Source: Squalus acanthias (lineage: Eukaryota). From it: a DNA stretch of 64,000 nucleotides. The position numbers and the translations under genes are program-made. Below the pieces are notes generated by a model. That model saw only the letters and a list, made by a program, of their open reading frames with translations. It did not search any database and had not been told where the DNA came from. Each line of letters begins with the position of its first letter. Position 1 is the stretch's first letter. Below are positions 13,001 through 26,099 of this stretch, one piece after another. The stretch is taken from contig CM059433.1 in the NCBI GenBank assembly GCA_030390025.1, forward strand, positions 20,710,001 to 20,774,000, written 5' to 3'.

Positions 13001-14244
13001 TCAAACTGATTTCCAATCTCCTCTTGTACCATGGATGAAGTACTCTGCCCTGCGGAGGGAGGAGGTTCTTTCACTGCATTTGGGTTTATGTTGACTCAGA
13101 CTGCACCTTCTTCCAAGAAATGGCCTTTCAACAGTTCTATTAGCTTGTGCACTGATTTGTATCTCACTTGCAGAATCTTCTCCACTTGCTCACTTTCATA
13201 GCCAATTAAGTTAGGAGTGGCTTCTTGTATTTGATAGGAAGTTTGCCGGGGGGGGGGAAAGCAGAGATTCCTCGAGTGGTTTCTGCTTCCAGTCAATAGG
13301 ATGCAATACAGTGGGATTTTGCAGAGATCACCTCATCAGAGCAGTTTGTGAGTACTGAGTCTGAGCATTAACTCTGTCAAAAACACTGTTTTAGAATCCC
13401 TGGAGTGTACCTTGGTTGGGTCAGGAATAATAATCCTGCTCCCCAGGCTTCCTAGTTTGAGCATTTCTAATATTTAAACTCTGTACGGGAACATTTTATA
13501 TAAAACAACGGAAATGACTGTGTACTGCAGTAAAAGAACACAGCTCCCCCTGGCTCATTGAATTGTTTCTTACAGTGTCTTATGGCACGGACACATAATG
13601 ATTCCAGCCATTATGTGGAGAAGGAAAATAAGTTTAATTTGTATTCTGTGCAACCTTATTTGTAAAATAACATTGCAAACATTAGAAACAGTTGCTGACT
13701 TGTTAATAGATGCAAAATATATACATGGTGACATTATTTCCAGATCAAGTATTCCCTTTATGGTGCAGATTTGATAAAACATGTATAAGGTACTTTTTAT
13801 ATTGCAGGACTGCAGCCAATGTGAGGAGCGTGGTTCTCTCTGCAACAATAACTTTAATATACAAAAACATTTCCCAAAGCACTTCACAGAGGCGTAATCA
13901 GAAATAAATGGACGGCAAGCTAAAGAAGGAGATATTTTGAGGACTTGGCCAAATAGGTTGGTTTTAAGGAGAGCCTTAAAGGAGGAGAGGAAGGTAGCCA
14001 GGGCTTAGCCAGGGAATTCCAGAGCGTGGGTTCGAGGCGGCTGAAGTTACAGCTGTCAATATTGGGAAGCAGAAGCACAAAAGGCCAGAATCGAAGGAAT
14101 GGAGAGGTAATGGAGTGGGGGCGGGGGGCGTTGTAGGGCTAGAAAAGGTTATAGAGATAGCAAGGGATGAGACAATGAAGGGATTTAAACAAAAGGATGA
14201 GAATTTTAAATTGTAGGTATTGGGGGATGTTGATTGGCACCCCA

Positions 14245-14386
14245 TCTACCACCTTAAACATTCACTCCCTTCACCACCAGCGAGTCAAGAAGGCGACTCA
14301 CCACCACCTTCTCAAGGGCAATTAGGGATGGGCAATAAATGCTGGCCTTGCCAACGATGGCCACATCCCGTGAACGAATAAAACAA
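14245..14386 (+). mobile_element. 3' tail of second CR1-group LINE family, nested in L2
   Basis: aagaaggcgactcaccaccaccttctcaagggcaattagggatgggcaataaatgctggcc is shared with 50886-50975 and 55356-55790. Confidence 0.7.
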
Positions 14387-15210
14387 AAGATGAGCAAGGA
14401 CAGGACTAAAAGATGAGCGAGACTTGGTGCAGGAAAGGATATGGGCAGTAGAGCTGTGCTGAAGTTTAGGGAGGATGGAAGATTGGAAGCTGTCCAGAAG
14501 AACATTGGAATAGTTAAAACTGGAGGTAAGAAAAGCATGGAGAATATTTTCAGCAACAGACAGGCTGAGGCAGGAACGTTACACAGCATTACTAAAAATT
14601 TATAGCACATAATGATGGCTATGTTCTATCCAGTGTTTAACCAGAGGAACTTGCGGCTCATCCAGAATTTGATGTTGGGCAATCAGTCTGACAACACAGA
14701 TGCAGTGATGGGGTTGAGAGAGGTGTGAATAGATAGAGGAGGACAGTGAATCCAGAGGAGAGAGGGCAAGATGAGAAAGGTGAGTAGATGAGGAAGAAGA
14801 GGTGGACAAGGACAGATCATTGGGGGACTCCAGAGGTAATGGTGCGGGGGTGGAAAGAGAGGTTATTGCTGGAGATGCTCTAGCTATGACGATTAATAGG
14901 TAAGAATGGAACGAAGCAAAGTCAGCCCCATTGAGTTGGACAACGGAGACAAGGCATTGGAGGAGGATGATGGGGTGGAACACGTCAAAGATTGCAGAAA
15001 GATCGAGGGGAAAAAGGATGAATAATGCACCACTGTCACAGAGGACGTCATCTGTGACTCTGGTTTGGGCCATTTTGGTGCTGTGGCAGGGGCAGAAACC
15101 TGATTCAAGATATTCAAATGGAATTACGGGAAAGATGGGCTAATGATTTGGGAGGCAACAACATGTTGAAAGTATCTGGAGAGGAAATGGGGGTTGGAGA
15201 TGGGGCAATC

Positions 15211-15625
15211 TAGGAACATAGGAACAGGAGTAGACCATTCAGCCCCTCAAGCCTGGTCTGCCATTCAATTAGACCAAGGCTGATCTGTATCTTAACTCCT
15301 TCTACCTCCTTCCATATCCTTTAATATCCTTGCCTAACAAAATTCAATCTGAGTTTTGAAATTTTCAATTGATTTTCACTACCCTTTGTGTGAAGAAGTG
15401 CTTCTGACATCACCCCTGATCTGCCTAGCTCTAATTTTAAGGCTCTGCCTCCTTGTTCTGGACTCCCCCACCAGAGGAAATAGTTTCTCTCTATCTACCT
15501 TATCAACTCTTTAATCATCGTAAACACCTCAATTAGATCACATCCTCCATATTCAAGAGAATACAAACCTAGTCTATGCAACCTGGCCTCATAATTTAAC
15601 CTTTTTAGACCCAGTATCATTCTAG
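15211..15625 (-). mobile_element. CR1 LINE 3' fragment nested in L2
   Basis: aggaacataggaacaggagtagaccattcagcccc tail plus tgtgtgaagaagtg (HFFTQR) ORF2 end. Confidence 0.75.
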
Positions 15626-18435
15626 TTTGTAAGGGCACGATGTTTGAGGGTGGGTTTTTTGAAGGGAGCGGCGATGATGGTGGTTTTGAAAAGAAGGAGT
15701 ACCCGAGTAGAAGGAAGCATTTGCAATGTCAGCTAGCATGGGGACCAGGAAGGGAAGTAGTTTAATGGGAATGGTGGTCAAGGGAGCAGCAAATAGGTCT
15801 CATGGATAAAATGAGCTTGGAGAGGAGATGCAAGAGAAACTAGAGAGACATGTGGATGGGAGAGAATAAAGGTTTTGCTGGGGACAAGGGCATCAAAGAT
15901 GGAGGTGAGGAAGTGGTGGAGGTGAATTCAATGGCTGCAGAAATATTGTGGCAACTGGAGAACCAAAGGCTAGACAGTTAAGAGTTTGAAAGTGCCATTG
16001 TAAGTGACTTAGAGAGTTTTTTCCATGGGTGGATGCAGAAGAAAGTGGGGTTGGAGGGAGGTAGGAAATGTGGGTGGAGAGGGATATAAGGAACTGGTCA
16101 GAGATGGCCTTGTCTGTGATCAAAATGAAGAGAGTAAAGAGGCCACGTGAAATAGCAAGGTTGAGATAGTGGCTGTGAAAATGGTTAAGAGAGTTTATAT
16201 GTAGGCAGAGCTTTAGGGAGGATAGGAGGGCAGTGAATCCAGAGGATAGAGGGCAAGATGAGTTGCGATGGAGACTGAAATCATCAAGGATGAGGAATCA
16301 ATTAGTGCAGAGGCTAAGGAAGGAAAGGGGGAGGATATCTCTGAGAGAAACTCAGGGTGAAGCTTGCTGGGGTGGTAGATCATGAGGATTTTAAAGAAAA
16401 GGCTAGAGTAGTAGAATAAGTTGAAGAGCTTGAAGGAGGAGAAAGTACCAGAGGAGTAACAGGATAGACCAAGATGTAATTTGGCAATAAGGGCCAGTGT
16501 TTTGAATGGGGTATGTGATGTAAAGTATAGACAGGTGGGGAAGCTTCTGTAAGGGGCAAGGTGCCACTACCTATAAGCCAAGCTTCATTCAGATCCAGGA
16601 TGTCAGTGCAATCAACCAGAATAAGATTGTGTTTGGCAAGGAGCTTGTTCATGAGTGAACAGAGCGAAATGTGGAGAAGACTGGTGATTGGTCATCTGCT
16701 TGTAAAGTCCAAGAGGGCAGTGTTGGGTAGACTAAGCAGGAGGGACATTAGGTTGGCGAGGTTAGTTCCCAGCAAGTCTGCTGGGCTGCGAGAGAGCGGG
16801 ATGGGGCAGTTGGAGTTACTGCTCATAAGCGGCAGCTATGTGTGCCTCAATGGGCCCTTCAGAGAATGCCAGAAGAGATAAAAAGGGTAGCTGTGAGCAT
16901 ATTCAAGGGGGATGATGATGGTGGTGATTGAAGCCTGTGATGGTGACTGGAGAGATTTGTCTGCGCCATAACTTCAGACATGTCTTGGGTTGGGGTAGAG
17001 ATTATGGTGGGGGGGTGGGGGGGCGGTGGTTGGCAACGTACCCAAGAGGTGAGAAATGACTGGGTGACAGGAAGAGGAGGAGACAGGAGAGAAGAACCTG
17101 AGAAGGGCCAAGAGGAAAAAAAGAGATCGAAGTTATGGGCATTGACTCAGCGGTATAGTATTAATGGCTGAAAGTTTAGGTCACCAAATGTGACTTCACA
17201 AAATTGCCATCATGTCATTTTTAGTAAGTTTGGAACAGCAGTGACTATATTTACCCAACTGAACAATTGATCTGCAAACACACAATGTGACCAGCGCCTG
17301 ACTTATAAACGAAAGGCGGTGGAGAGGTACATGGGCCGAGTGGCCTCCTTCTATACCGTAAATCTCTATGATTCTATGATGGAAATTGCTCTCAATCAGG
17401 AAAAGTAGAAAATAGACAATGTACCAGCAACATTACACATTGGATTGTAATCAAAAAATTGGAGGCTAATTTTTTGTCATAATTTCTGGGTCTGGGAAGG
17501 AAGCTTTTGTTCAATTTACAGGATCCTATGTTTATACCCATAGTTTGTAGATGCTGCAAATAGAATCTGGAGGTGTTTGTGTTTAATTAATGTTTATTTT
17601 TCTCATTGTATCTGAAAACAAAACATATATTTCAGCTGTTGACATTATTCTGAGTCAAACTGAATGCCACTCCACAGTCATTGTGTGTGTGTCCTGCGTC
17701 ACTAACACTACCATTCGTCTGCGCCATAACTTCAGACATGTCTTGGTTGCAGCTGGCACAGAACTGCTTAAGATGGTGACTCACTGTTTGCTCAAATTCA
17801 ATCTGGTCAATTCACTCCTGATTTATACTGGAGTTAGATTTGACATACAGTCAAAAATACTATGCGTGGCTGAAAACTGTGTCATATAACTGGCCCGTTA
17901 GTCACATTAGACTGGTATACCTTTCAACACATTCTGTTGTGCGGATAATTGATCAAGAGCTTTAAGGACTACTGGTAAGGCCGCTTATCACCTGGCACAG
18001 ATGGGCAAAGCTTGTTTGCCGCAAGCTCTGAAGTCCCTCACCCAGAGTACGTTCTGTGATCATGGCTGATCTGTATCCTAACTCCATCCGCCCACTTTTT
18101 CTTCATATCCCTTAATACGCTTGGCTAGCAAAAATCTTCCGATCTCAGATTTAAAATTATTAATTGAGCTAGTACCTACTGCTTTTTGTGGGAGAGAGTT
18201 GTAGACTTCTACCACCCTTTGTGTGAAGAAGTGTTTCCTAACTTCTCTCATGACATTGGGAAGATCGAAGCCATTGTCTTTGGGCCCCGCCACAAACTCC
18301 ATTCCCTAGCCCCTGACTCCATTCCATGCCCTGGCAACTTTCTGAGGCTGAACTAGTCTGTTCGCAACCTCGGTGTCACATTTGACCCCGAGATAAGCTT
18401 CCAACCACATATCCATGCCATCACTAAGACCACCT

Positions 18436-20146
18436 TGTTGAGATTAACTTATCTCTGGGCTTTTCAAATAATCAGGATCGAGTGCAAACCAATATGGTGG
18501 GTATTGTGTGTTTGATCGGAGTTTAAGACAGAACATAACACACTAGTTATACAGCAAAAACATACGACCGTGACAAGTAGCAAGTACCGGCCCTGATCGG
18601 ACAGACGGCTGACGTGTGCGAACAGCTCTTTGGCTTACGGCCTTTCTCTTTCTCTCTTCTCTCTTCTGGAACCGCCAAGTGTGTTAGACACTCTCGGGAG
18701 CTCTTCACTCCACCCTCTGTGCTAAGGGCTTTTTAGGTCTCTCTTTTATTCTCTTTTTAGGGGTGGACCTGGGATAGAATATTGACAAAACTATTTAACC
18801 TGTAAGGGTTCCTCTTAAAACAAGGTGCCCAATGGCATGTCAAGTTCTTTGTCTTAACTTACAATTGAAGACCCTCCCTCAAGGGGTCCCCTCGTATGTC
18901 TTTCTTGTTTATACATTTTGAAGGCCAATCCATCTGAATTCCTCTTATCTCGTCCGGCCTGTCCTCCCTGGTGCAGCCAGTGCGTGTACCAGGCACAGCC
19001 TTGGGCCATTTAATCGAAGGCCCAAGCCAAAGCTTTCTTACTCAACCAGCCACCATCCAAGCTATCTCCCCTTAATCTAACAGACTATTTCATCCTGAGA
19101 TTATACCTTAACTCCCATAAATTCCTTCTATTCTATGTCCTTTATACTTTTACATATCTTCGCAAGCAGTTCTGTTAAACAAACTCTAATTCCTACTTTA
19201 GCATTATAATATGGTTATTAGTAATAATGGAAGAAACATAGGTTAGGCCTTAGTTGGCCACATTAAAGATACATTAAACATAGTTAAAATCCTAACTTAC
19301 AAACAGCAGACAGCTAGCCTGGGAGGCAAGGCTGTATGTGGTGGCCCATGTGTGGAATGTTATGCATCATCTAATCTAACTAGTCTGAAGACACTTTGGG
19401 CTAGAAATTGTGTTCATTTGCGCCTCTCGTTAGCGCCCCCGGGGGGCGCTAACGGAGCGCAAATGCCCTAGTGCCCGGACGCGGCACCGCTAATGCTTCC
19501 TGCGAAATTCAGCGGGAGTTTAGCAGCGGCGGTATCCGGTAGTGCCCCGCTCCGATGCACAGGAGATGACTACATCATCGCTGTGCACAGTGCCCCATTA
19601 GCACACACCCACAAACTTGATTTGCGCCCCCTGAATTATCGCCAGGCGATATGTCCGACCGGTTCAGGGGATGTTTCCTATGTGACGTTAGCGTTCGGGG
19701 GCGCTACTTAAAGGGCAGGTGGTAGGCAGCCATTTCTTTTGGCCGACTGCCAGCTCCTGCCCCCTCTCACTGCTGCACGTGGGGTGCCAGCCTCGATCTT
19801 TCAGCCCTGCACTCCTCTTGAGTGCTGAGCTTCCAATAGCGCTCCACCTCCTTCTTGGGGCGCTACAACTGAAGAGACAGGGCAGGGGCGGTACTTTTCT
19901 TGGGGCACTAAAATTAGCACCCTGGCGAGGGGCACTTTCCCAATTTTTCCCCCTTTGTCTCAAACTCTAATACAAGTTTCCAAGAAACCAAAACTTAAGC
20001 AGTTCCAGTAAAACATAACTTATACGTTAACCCTTTACTTGTCTCAAGCTCTAATTCAATCATTTAAACACAGTATTATTCACATCACAGTTTCATTTGC
20101 GTAACCATATATATTTTAGGTACCTAGGTACCCCTAATTTCTAACA
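18436..20146 (-). mobile_element. Solo LTR (ERV- or Gypsy-type), about 1.15 kb after removing the nested MITE
   Basis: Termini TGTTGAGA...TTTCTAACA (TG..CA with a short inverted repeat). Perfect 4-bp TSD acct at 18432-18435 / 20147-20150, cleanly splitting an L2 reading frame. AATAAA on the minus strand at 18745-18750. Orientation is tentative. Confidence 0.78.
19398..19953. mobile_element. Harbinger-type MITE inside the solo LTR
   Basis: Termini gggctagaaattg / caatttttccccc; 3-bp TSD ttt/ttt; reverse-complement homolog of 60944-61629. Confidence 0.75.
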
Positions 20147-21882
20147 ACCTATTTCCATCTCCAGAACATCACTCGACTCTGCCCCTGTCTCAGCTCATCT
20201 ACTGCTGAAACCCTCATCCATCTTTGTTACCTCTAGACTTGACTATTTCAATGCTCTCCTGGCCGGCCTCCTACGGTCTACCCTCCGTAAACTTGAGGTC
20301 ACCCAAAACTCTGCTGCCCGTGCCCTGACTTGCACCAAGTCCTGTTCACGTCTCGATTTTAAAATTCTCATCCTTGTTTTCAAATCCTTCCATGGCCTCT
20401 CCCCTCCCTATCTCTGTCATCTCCTCCAGCCCTACATCCCTCCGAGATATCTGCACTCGTCTAATTCTGCCCTCTTGCGCATCCCCGATTTTAATCACGA
20501 CCATTGGTGGCCGTGCCTTCAGCTGCCTAGGCCCTAAGCTCTGGAATTCCCTCCCTAAACCTCTCCACCTCTCTTTCCTCCTTTAAGATGCTCCTTAAAA
20601 CCTACCTCTTTGACCAAGCTGCCCTAATATCTCCTTATGTGGCTCGGTGTCAAATTTTGTTTTATAAGTCTCCTGTAAAGCGCTTTGTGATATTCTACTA
20701 TGTTAAAGGAGCTATCTAAATACAAGTTGTTGTTGTTGTTGTTGTTGAATGGCCTGGCTTTGTTTTAAGCTTATGTCCCCTTGTCCTAGACTCCCCCACC
20801 AGCAGAAAAGGTTTCTCTTAATCTACCCTATCAATTCCTTTCAAAATCCGAACAACTGCAATCAATTCATCCCTTAACCTTTTATATTCTAGGGAATACA
20901 AGCCGAGTTTACGTAATCTCTCCTCATAATTTAACTCTCGGAGCCCTGGTAACAATCTGCTGAATCTGCGCTACACCCCTTCCAAGGCCGATATATCCTT
21001 TCTACTGTGCGGTGCCCAGAACTGTACACTGTGATCCAGATGTGGTCTAACCAAGGCTTTGGTTCCATTTTCTTCATTTCTGGTGTTTCTAATTCATGTA
21101 CAAACTCAATACCATCAGCGTCAATGTACAAAGTAACTGTCTCTCTTCCCACCGCACCACCCCCCCCCCCCCCCCGCCCACATTTCATAAACATTGACAT
21201 TCATGGCAGTCAAATCAGAAATATGTGTGAATGACACCAATGGCTGTGTGTAATTGGGCTTTACTGCCTGTGCCCAAAGAAAAGCAACAAGGGATGAGCA
21301 GTACAGGCTAATACACGCTGTCAGCCAATGCAAAGAGTGTTCCAAGAATTGTAAGATGCATTTTCTGACTGAAGAAGTTAACAAGTCCCCCGAGCACAAG
21401 AAACAAGTGTCCAGAACTAAACATCAATCCACGCCCAGAGGGTGAACAAAGCCATGGAGGACATGTTTTGGTAACTGTCCGTGAGGTCAAAGGAGCTGAG
21501 GAGGACCTGCAGCAAATAGTTTAACAATGTCCACAGGGAGATCAAGGAAAGGTTAAGTATTCCATGAAGTCCTGGAGTTCTGGTAACTCTGAGGCATTTA
21601 CCTTAACAGAGAAGAAGGTAACTTGCTGCTCACCTCTGACATTGTTAAAAGAACAGTAGGGAGAAAAAGAATCTACAGGAGGAACCTAGATAAAACAAGA
21701 GAAACATCAGATTAGAACAAATATCTTTCTTTATCTGTTTTAAAAGTTACTAATTTCAGAAATGCAAGTAATTCTATATTTGTAGTCTAGATCTAAAAAA
21801 AAACCCATAACAAATAACTCTGATTAAGTGTAATTTTTTTGTTGTAGCAAGGATGAGCTGCAGTGTACAATATTGAAATTAA

Positions 21883-22337
21883 GGAAAGAACTTGAATTTA
21901 AACAGTGTCTTTCATGTTCTCATGACATTCCAAAGCACTTCACAGCCAATGAATTACTGAAGTGTAGTCGCTGTTGTTTTGTAGACAAATACAGCATCTA
22001 ATTCACGCACAGTAAGGTCCCACAAACAGCAAATGAGATGTGTGACCAGTTAATCTATTTTTGGCCGTATTGGTTGAGAGATAAATAGTATCCAGGATAC
22101 CAGCAGAACTCCTTGATCATCAGCAATGAATAGTGCTGTGGGATCTTTTATGTCTGCCTGAACAGGCAGATGAGATCTCACTTAATGCATCATCCAAAAA
22201 AAAACACCTCAGGCAATGCAGCACTCCCTCAACACTGCGCTGAAGTATCACACTAGATTATGTGCTCAAATCCTAGAATGAGACTTGAATCCACAACCTT
22301 CTGACTCGAGGGTGCTACCAACTAAGCCAAGCTGACA
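21883..22337 (-). mobile_element. DeuSINE (SacSINE1-like), diverged
   Basis: Homology to the 5377-5846 and 32572-33040 copies. Confidence 0.72.
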
Positions 22338-22603
22338 GATCGTGCAGAGGGGTGTGTTTTACTTTCCCCCCCAGAAGACTGTTAGCTAAATATAACAGTT
22401 TACCAAGGTACTGAGGTATATAAAATTAATGAGTTCTTCTCAATAGACTTCTTCCAATTTCTCTCACTCACTCATGGCTCAGATCAAACTAGCACAACTT
22501 CTTCACTGTCACTGAGTCTGACTGTGGGTCAGCGACTCATGAGGAACGGGATCAGCACTCCTTCTATATGAGCCCTTCGCCTCTAAGATTGTCCAAAAGA
22601 TAA

Positions 22604-22925
22604 GGGTACAGTAGCATAATGGTTACATTACTAGACTAGTAATCTAGCGGCCTGGACTAATGATCCGGAGACATGAATTCAAATCCCACCACGGCAGCTG
22701 GGGAACTTAAATTCAGTTAATTAAATAAATCTAGTATCAGTAATGGTGACCATGAAGCTATCGGATTGTAATAAAAACCCATCTGGCTCACTAATGTCCC
22801 TTCGGGAAGGAAATCTGCCGGTCTAGCCTATATGTGACTCCAGACTCACAGTAATGTGGTTGACTCTTAACTTCCCTCTGCGGTTCAAGAAGGTGGCTCA
22901 CCACCATCTTCTGACGGGCATTCCG
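22604..22925 (+). mobile_element. tRNA-derived SINE ending in the tail of the second CR1-group LINE family
   Basis: A-box-like tagcataatggtt and B-box-like attcaaatccc. The 3' end ttcaagaaggtggctcaccaccatcttct matches the tail at 14245-14386 and 55356-55790. Confidence 0.65.
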
Positions 22926-25034
22926 GGGGTACTAACGAGAGGCGCAAACCAACCCAATTTTCCCCCCCTTCTCTTAATCCTCTTTTCTTGATAGAAAGCA
23001 TTCAGCTTTGTGAGTCTTAGATTCCCAAAAATAATCCGAAACACTCTTTTTCTCAATGAATCAAGGTATTCATTATAAACCATGATAACCAAGGTTCCTT
23101 ATAAATGTGTGATAGCTTTTCTAGTTGATTATCCTTGTTGAAGGCTGATTCAAATTGGCTGCACCCTGTCAGGAAATGATTACTAATCACTCTCGTATCC
23201 TTTTCTTTCTCCTACTTTACAAATGAACCATTACCACCTGTACTTCCTACTCAGTTCCTCGATGTCCAAAAGTAGGAATTTGATAGAATTAATTTGAACT
23301 GGGAACGTTTCAGTGCAGGTATTCAGATAATATTGGAAATTACTAAAGCCATGATATAGACTGAAATTGGTTCTTATGTAGCAATCAGTACAAACCTGCA
23401 TAGAAGTTATTAAGACAATGCACGAGGCTCAATTCAGACCGGTTTGGGATCTGCCTATTCTGAGTATCATTATGCTTGGAGATGATTGCATCTACAGAAT
23501 TCTGCAGTGGCTTGTCAGAACATTTCAATTCTTGTTACTATTCTACCTATACTCACAGGCCTGCAGTTCCATATCTGCCCCTCGTCAAATCTAACCTTGT
23601 GTGAAAGCATAAACACAAACAGCAGCTGGACCCATGTGTCTTTAGCTCATTTCTGAAGATCGTGGTGATCCATTGAGCACAAAAGACTTAATACCAGACT
23701 GAATAGGTAACAATCTGAATCAAGTCCTTTGGATCATCAAGATAACCTTTAGACAGGTTTGCACTGAATGCTACGTGTGAACCATTTCAGTCCTCCAATA
23801 ACTATGTATTTTTTAAATAACGAGTTGATCTGCGGTGATGGTCAAGACCAAGTGTTGTCTTCAGATTAATCAGGATTCGAGGAAGAAACATAATTGGACC
23901 AAGGCGGAGGAAGGCGAAGGAGGAGAAAGAAATGAGGGAAAGGGGAGGAGGGGACAATGTGGAGGAGGCAAAAAGGTCCGTTGAAGCTCTGGGAACTTTT
24001 AAAACCAAGAATGGAATGTTTTTAATGTTGGGATTAAGCTGACACTCCTACTATTCTCCCCTTATATCAAAAATTTGCTGCCATGGGAGAACTGTACCTA
24101 TGTGCTTTAGTATCAATGCACCTGGGTACCAGTCAAGAGCATGTTATCACGCACGACGACAAGAATCTGCCAATCAAGCATCAAATCTGGCAGATATAAA
24201 TGCCCAAACGCTAGCTACAGTGTAATTGCAGCCTTCGTTTTCATGACATATTTCATGTCTGAATGAGTTTGTTATGGACTTTGCTCAAGACTGAACTTTG
24301 CAACAGAAATCCCTCAAGTGAGCACATAAATGTAACCCTTCTGTGGCTGTGGATTTCATATCACTAGCCTCACAGTACAAGCTCTTCCTGGTATAAGCTA
24401 TGGTCAGCCCTTGCTCCAGCCTATGTGTCTCCAGATAGTTGGGGAAGACAGTACACAGATTTGATGTTATCCCATGACTGGCCTTGCTTAGTATCTGCAC
24501 AGTCATAATAGGGTTTTAAATATGATGAAATGTAGTAGTCTGAAATGCTACAGAGCCCAGGCCGGAACCTGAGTACAACTATGGTGTACAAATGCAAAGA
24601 TGCTATTGGTAAAGTGATGGCACTGTTGCTGAATTGTGGGCAGTTTGGTGTTGCAGACTCACATTCAATGGGAATAAAAATTAATTTTCCTAAATGCATT
24701 TTACTTAAGGCCATTCACTATCTTTGGACAAGGGGAATTATTTTTTAACTTCCTCCCTCCTTTTCTAACTGCAGTGCCTTATGCTGCATTATGCAATATG
24801 ACCACTGGCAGCCTTCCAGTGTTATGTCCAAGTGACTTTCTTCACAAGAGAGCCCAGACGGTGAGTGTTGGCAGGTAGTTAAACAATGGGAAACGTTATA
24901 GACGGTCACGAGCTGGAGAATCGGGTTCGCCGAGTAGCAATTAGGAATAGAATTCCAGCTTCCCCACTTTACTTTTCTAAGTGATACTTAATCCAACTGT
25001 AGTGTATCCATCATGCTTTTGCGGATCAGTTAAT

Positions 25035-25803
25035 GGCCTGTATTTTCCGACCCCCACGGGTGTGTACGAGGTGTGTACACACCCGTAGAGACCTCGCAAG
25101 TGCCGGTTTCAGGCATGCGAAACGCATGTGCTGAAAACCGGCACTTCCGATCGGTCAAGAATCCTCTTGACAGATCCTCCACCTGCCCGGGAGAAGGGCC
25201 TCTGCGGGTGGAGAGTTCCACTTTCTGCAGAACCTCCGTCCGCTGAAAACCCTTAAAAATCTTACGCCTGGTAAAAGCAGGCGTAAGGCCTGCTTTTACC
25301 AGCATAAGAGTTTAAAAAAGTAAACAAATATTTTTTTTTCACTCATTAATAATTTAAAAAATACTTTTAAAAAAGGTAAGTTTATTTTTAGCCCCATAAA
25401 AAACTTTAATTATTTTTTTCAAAAAATTAAATTTTGTTTAAAATATTTAATTTAATGTAATTTTAACTCATTTTAAATATGTGATTTAAAAAAAATAATT
25501 TAATGTTTTAGTGTGTTTTTTGAGTGATCCCCATTCATACTTTTGACGGGTCTAAACAGAGAGATCTGTCAAAACTATGAAGGGTGATTCCCTCCTTTGA
25601 TTGATTCCCCATGGCCCACGTGAACCCAGGGACGCTTGCGAACCGCCTGCGCCCCTGGGATACCTGGGCCTCTGCGCACACACACCAGGAGAGGCCCAGG
25701 ATTGGAAGTGTCGGGACCTACAGAGCCAGCAGGGAAATTCGTAGATTTTTTCCAGATCGGAGGCATCCGTACGCAGGAAGCCTCCGATCGGAAAATCCAG
25801 GCC
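25035..25803. mobile_element. Harbinger-type MITE (same family as 34340-35091)
   Basis: TIR ggcctgtattttccga vs ggcctggattttccga (15/16); 3-bp TSD aat/aat; GC-rich arms with internal palindromes and an AT-rich core. Confidence 0.82.
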
Positions 25804-26099
25804 AATTGCTGTCTTTGCATTACAGCACTAGAACCATTTACGTCCCTGACTTTGTGGCGAGAGTGCTGTAAAACAAAGTATGCACCATCTTCAGCCTTCA
25901 GCTCGAATGAGAATGATGACTGCAACTTTAAAATAACCCCATGTGTGAAAGATTTTATGTTGCCACTTCCACTTGAAGTGGTTCTGTAATATAAAGGGAG
26001 TATAACTCAACACAGACAGAGGGACTTGTATCTTATTTGTTTGCTCTGACTTCAGAGCTGCGCCCCAAAGGTTTAAGGACTCTTTAAATTGTTCTTGGG

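Larger units (their letters stand above)
13845..16900 (-). mobile_element. Long decayed L2 LINE ORF2 (APE endonuclease to 3' end) with nested insertions
   Basis: LDLNEAWL..PLTEASPPVYTLHH (APE-like) near 16.5 kb; VTDDVLCDSG..LDLSAIFD (RT) near 15.0 kb; 3' end homologous to the other L2 tails. Interrupted at 14245-14386 and 15211-15625. Confidence 0.75.
18253..20746 (+). mobile_element. L2 LINE 3' fragment with (gtt)n tail, interrupted by a solo LTR
   Basis: IGKIEAIVFG..., then HAITKTT|YFHLQNIT across the LTR insertion; TIGGRAFSCLGPKLWNSLP; tail ...aaatacaagttgttgttgttg. Confidence 0.82.
18060..21060 (-). mobile_element. CR1 3' fragment split by a nested L2/LTR/MITE block (CR1 parts about 18060-18252 and 20747-21060)
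   Basis: REVRKHFFTQRVVEVYNSLPQKAV on the left and [16 protein letters not shown] (frame-shifted LVRPHLxYxVQFW region) on the right. The halves rejoin as ...cttctctcatga|atggcctggc. Confidence 0.75.
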
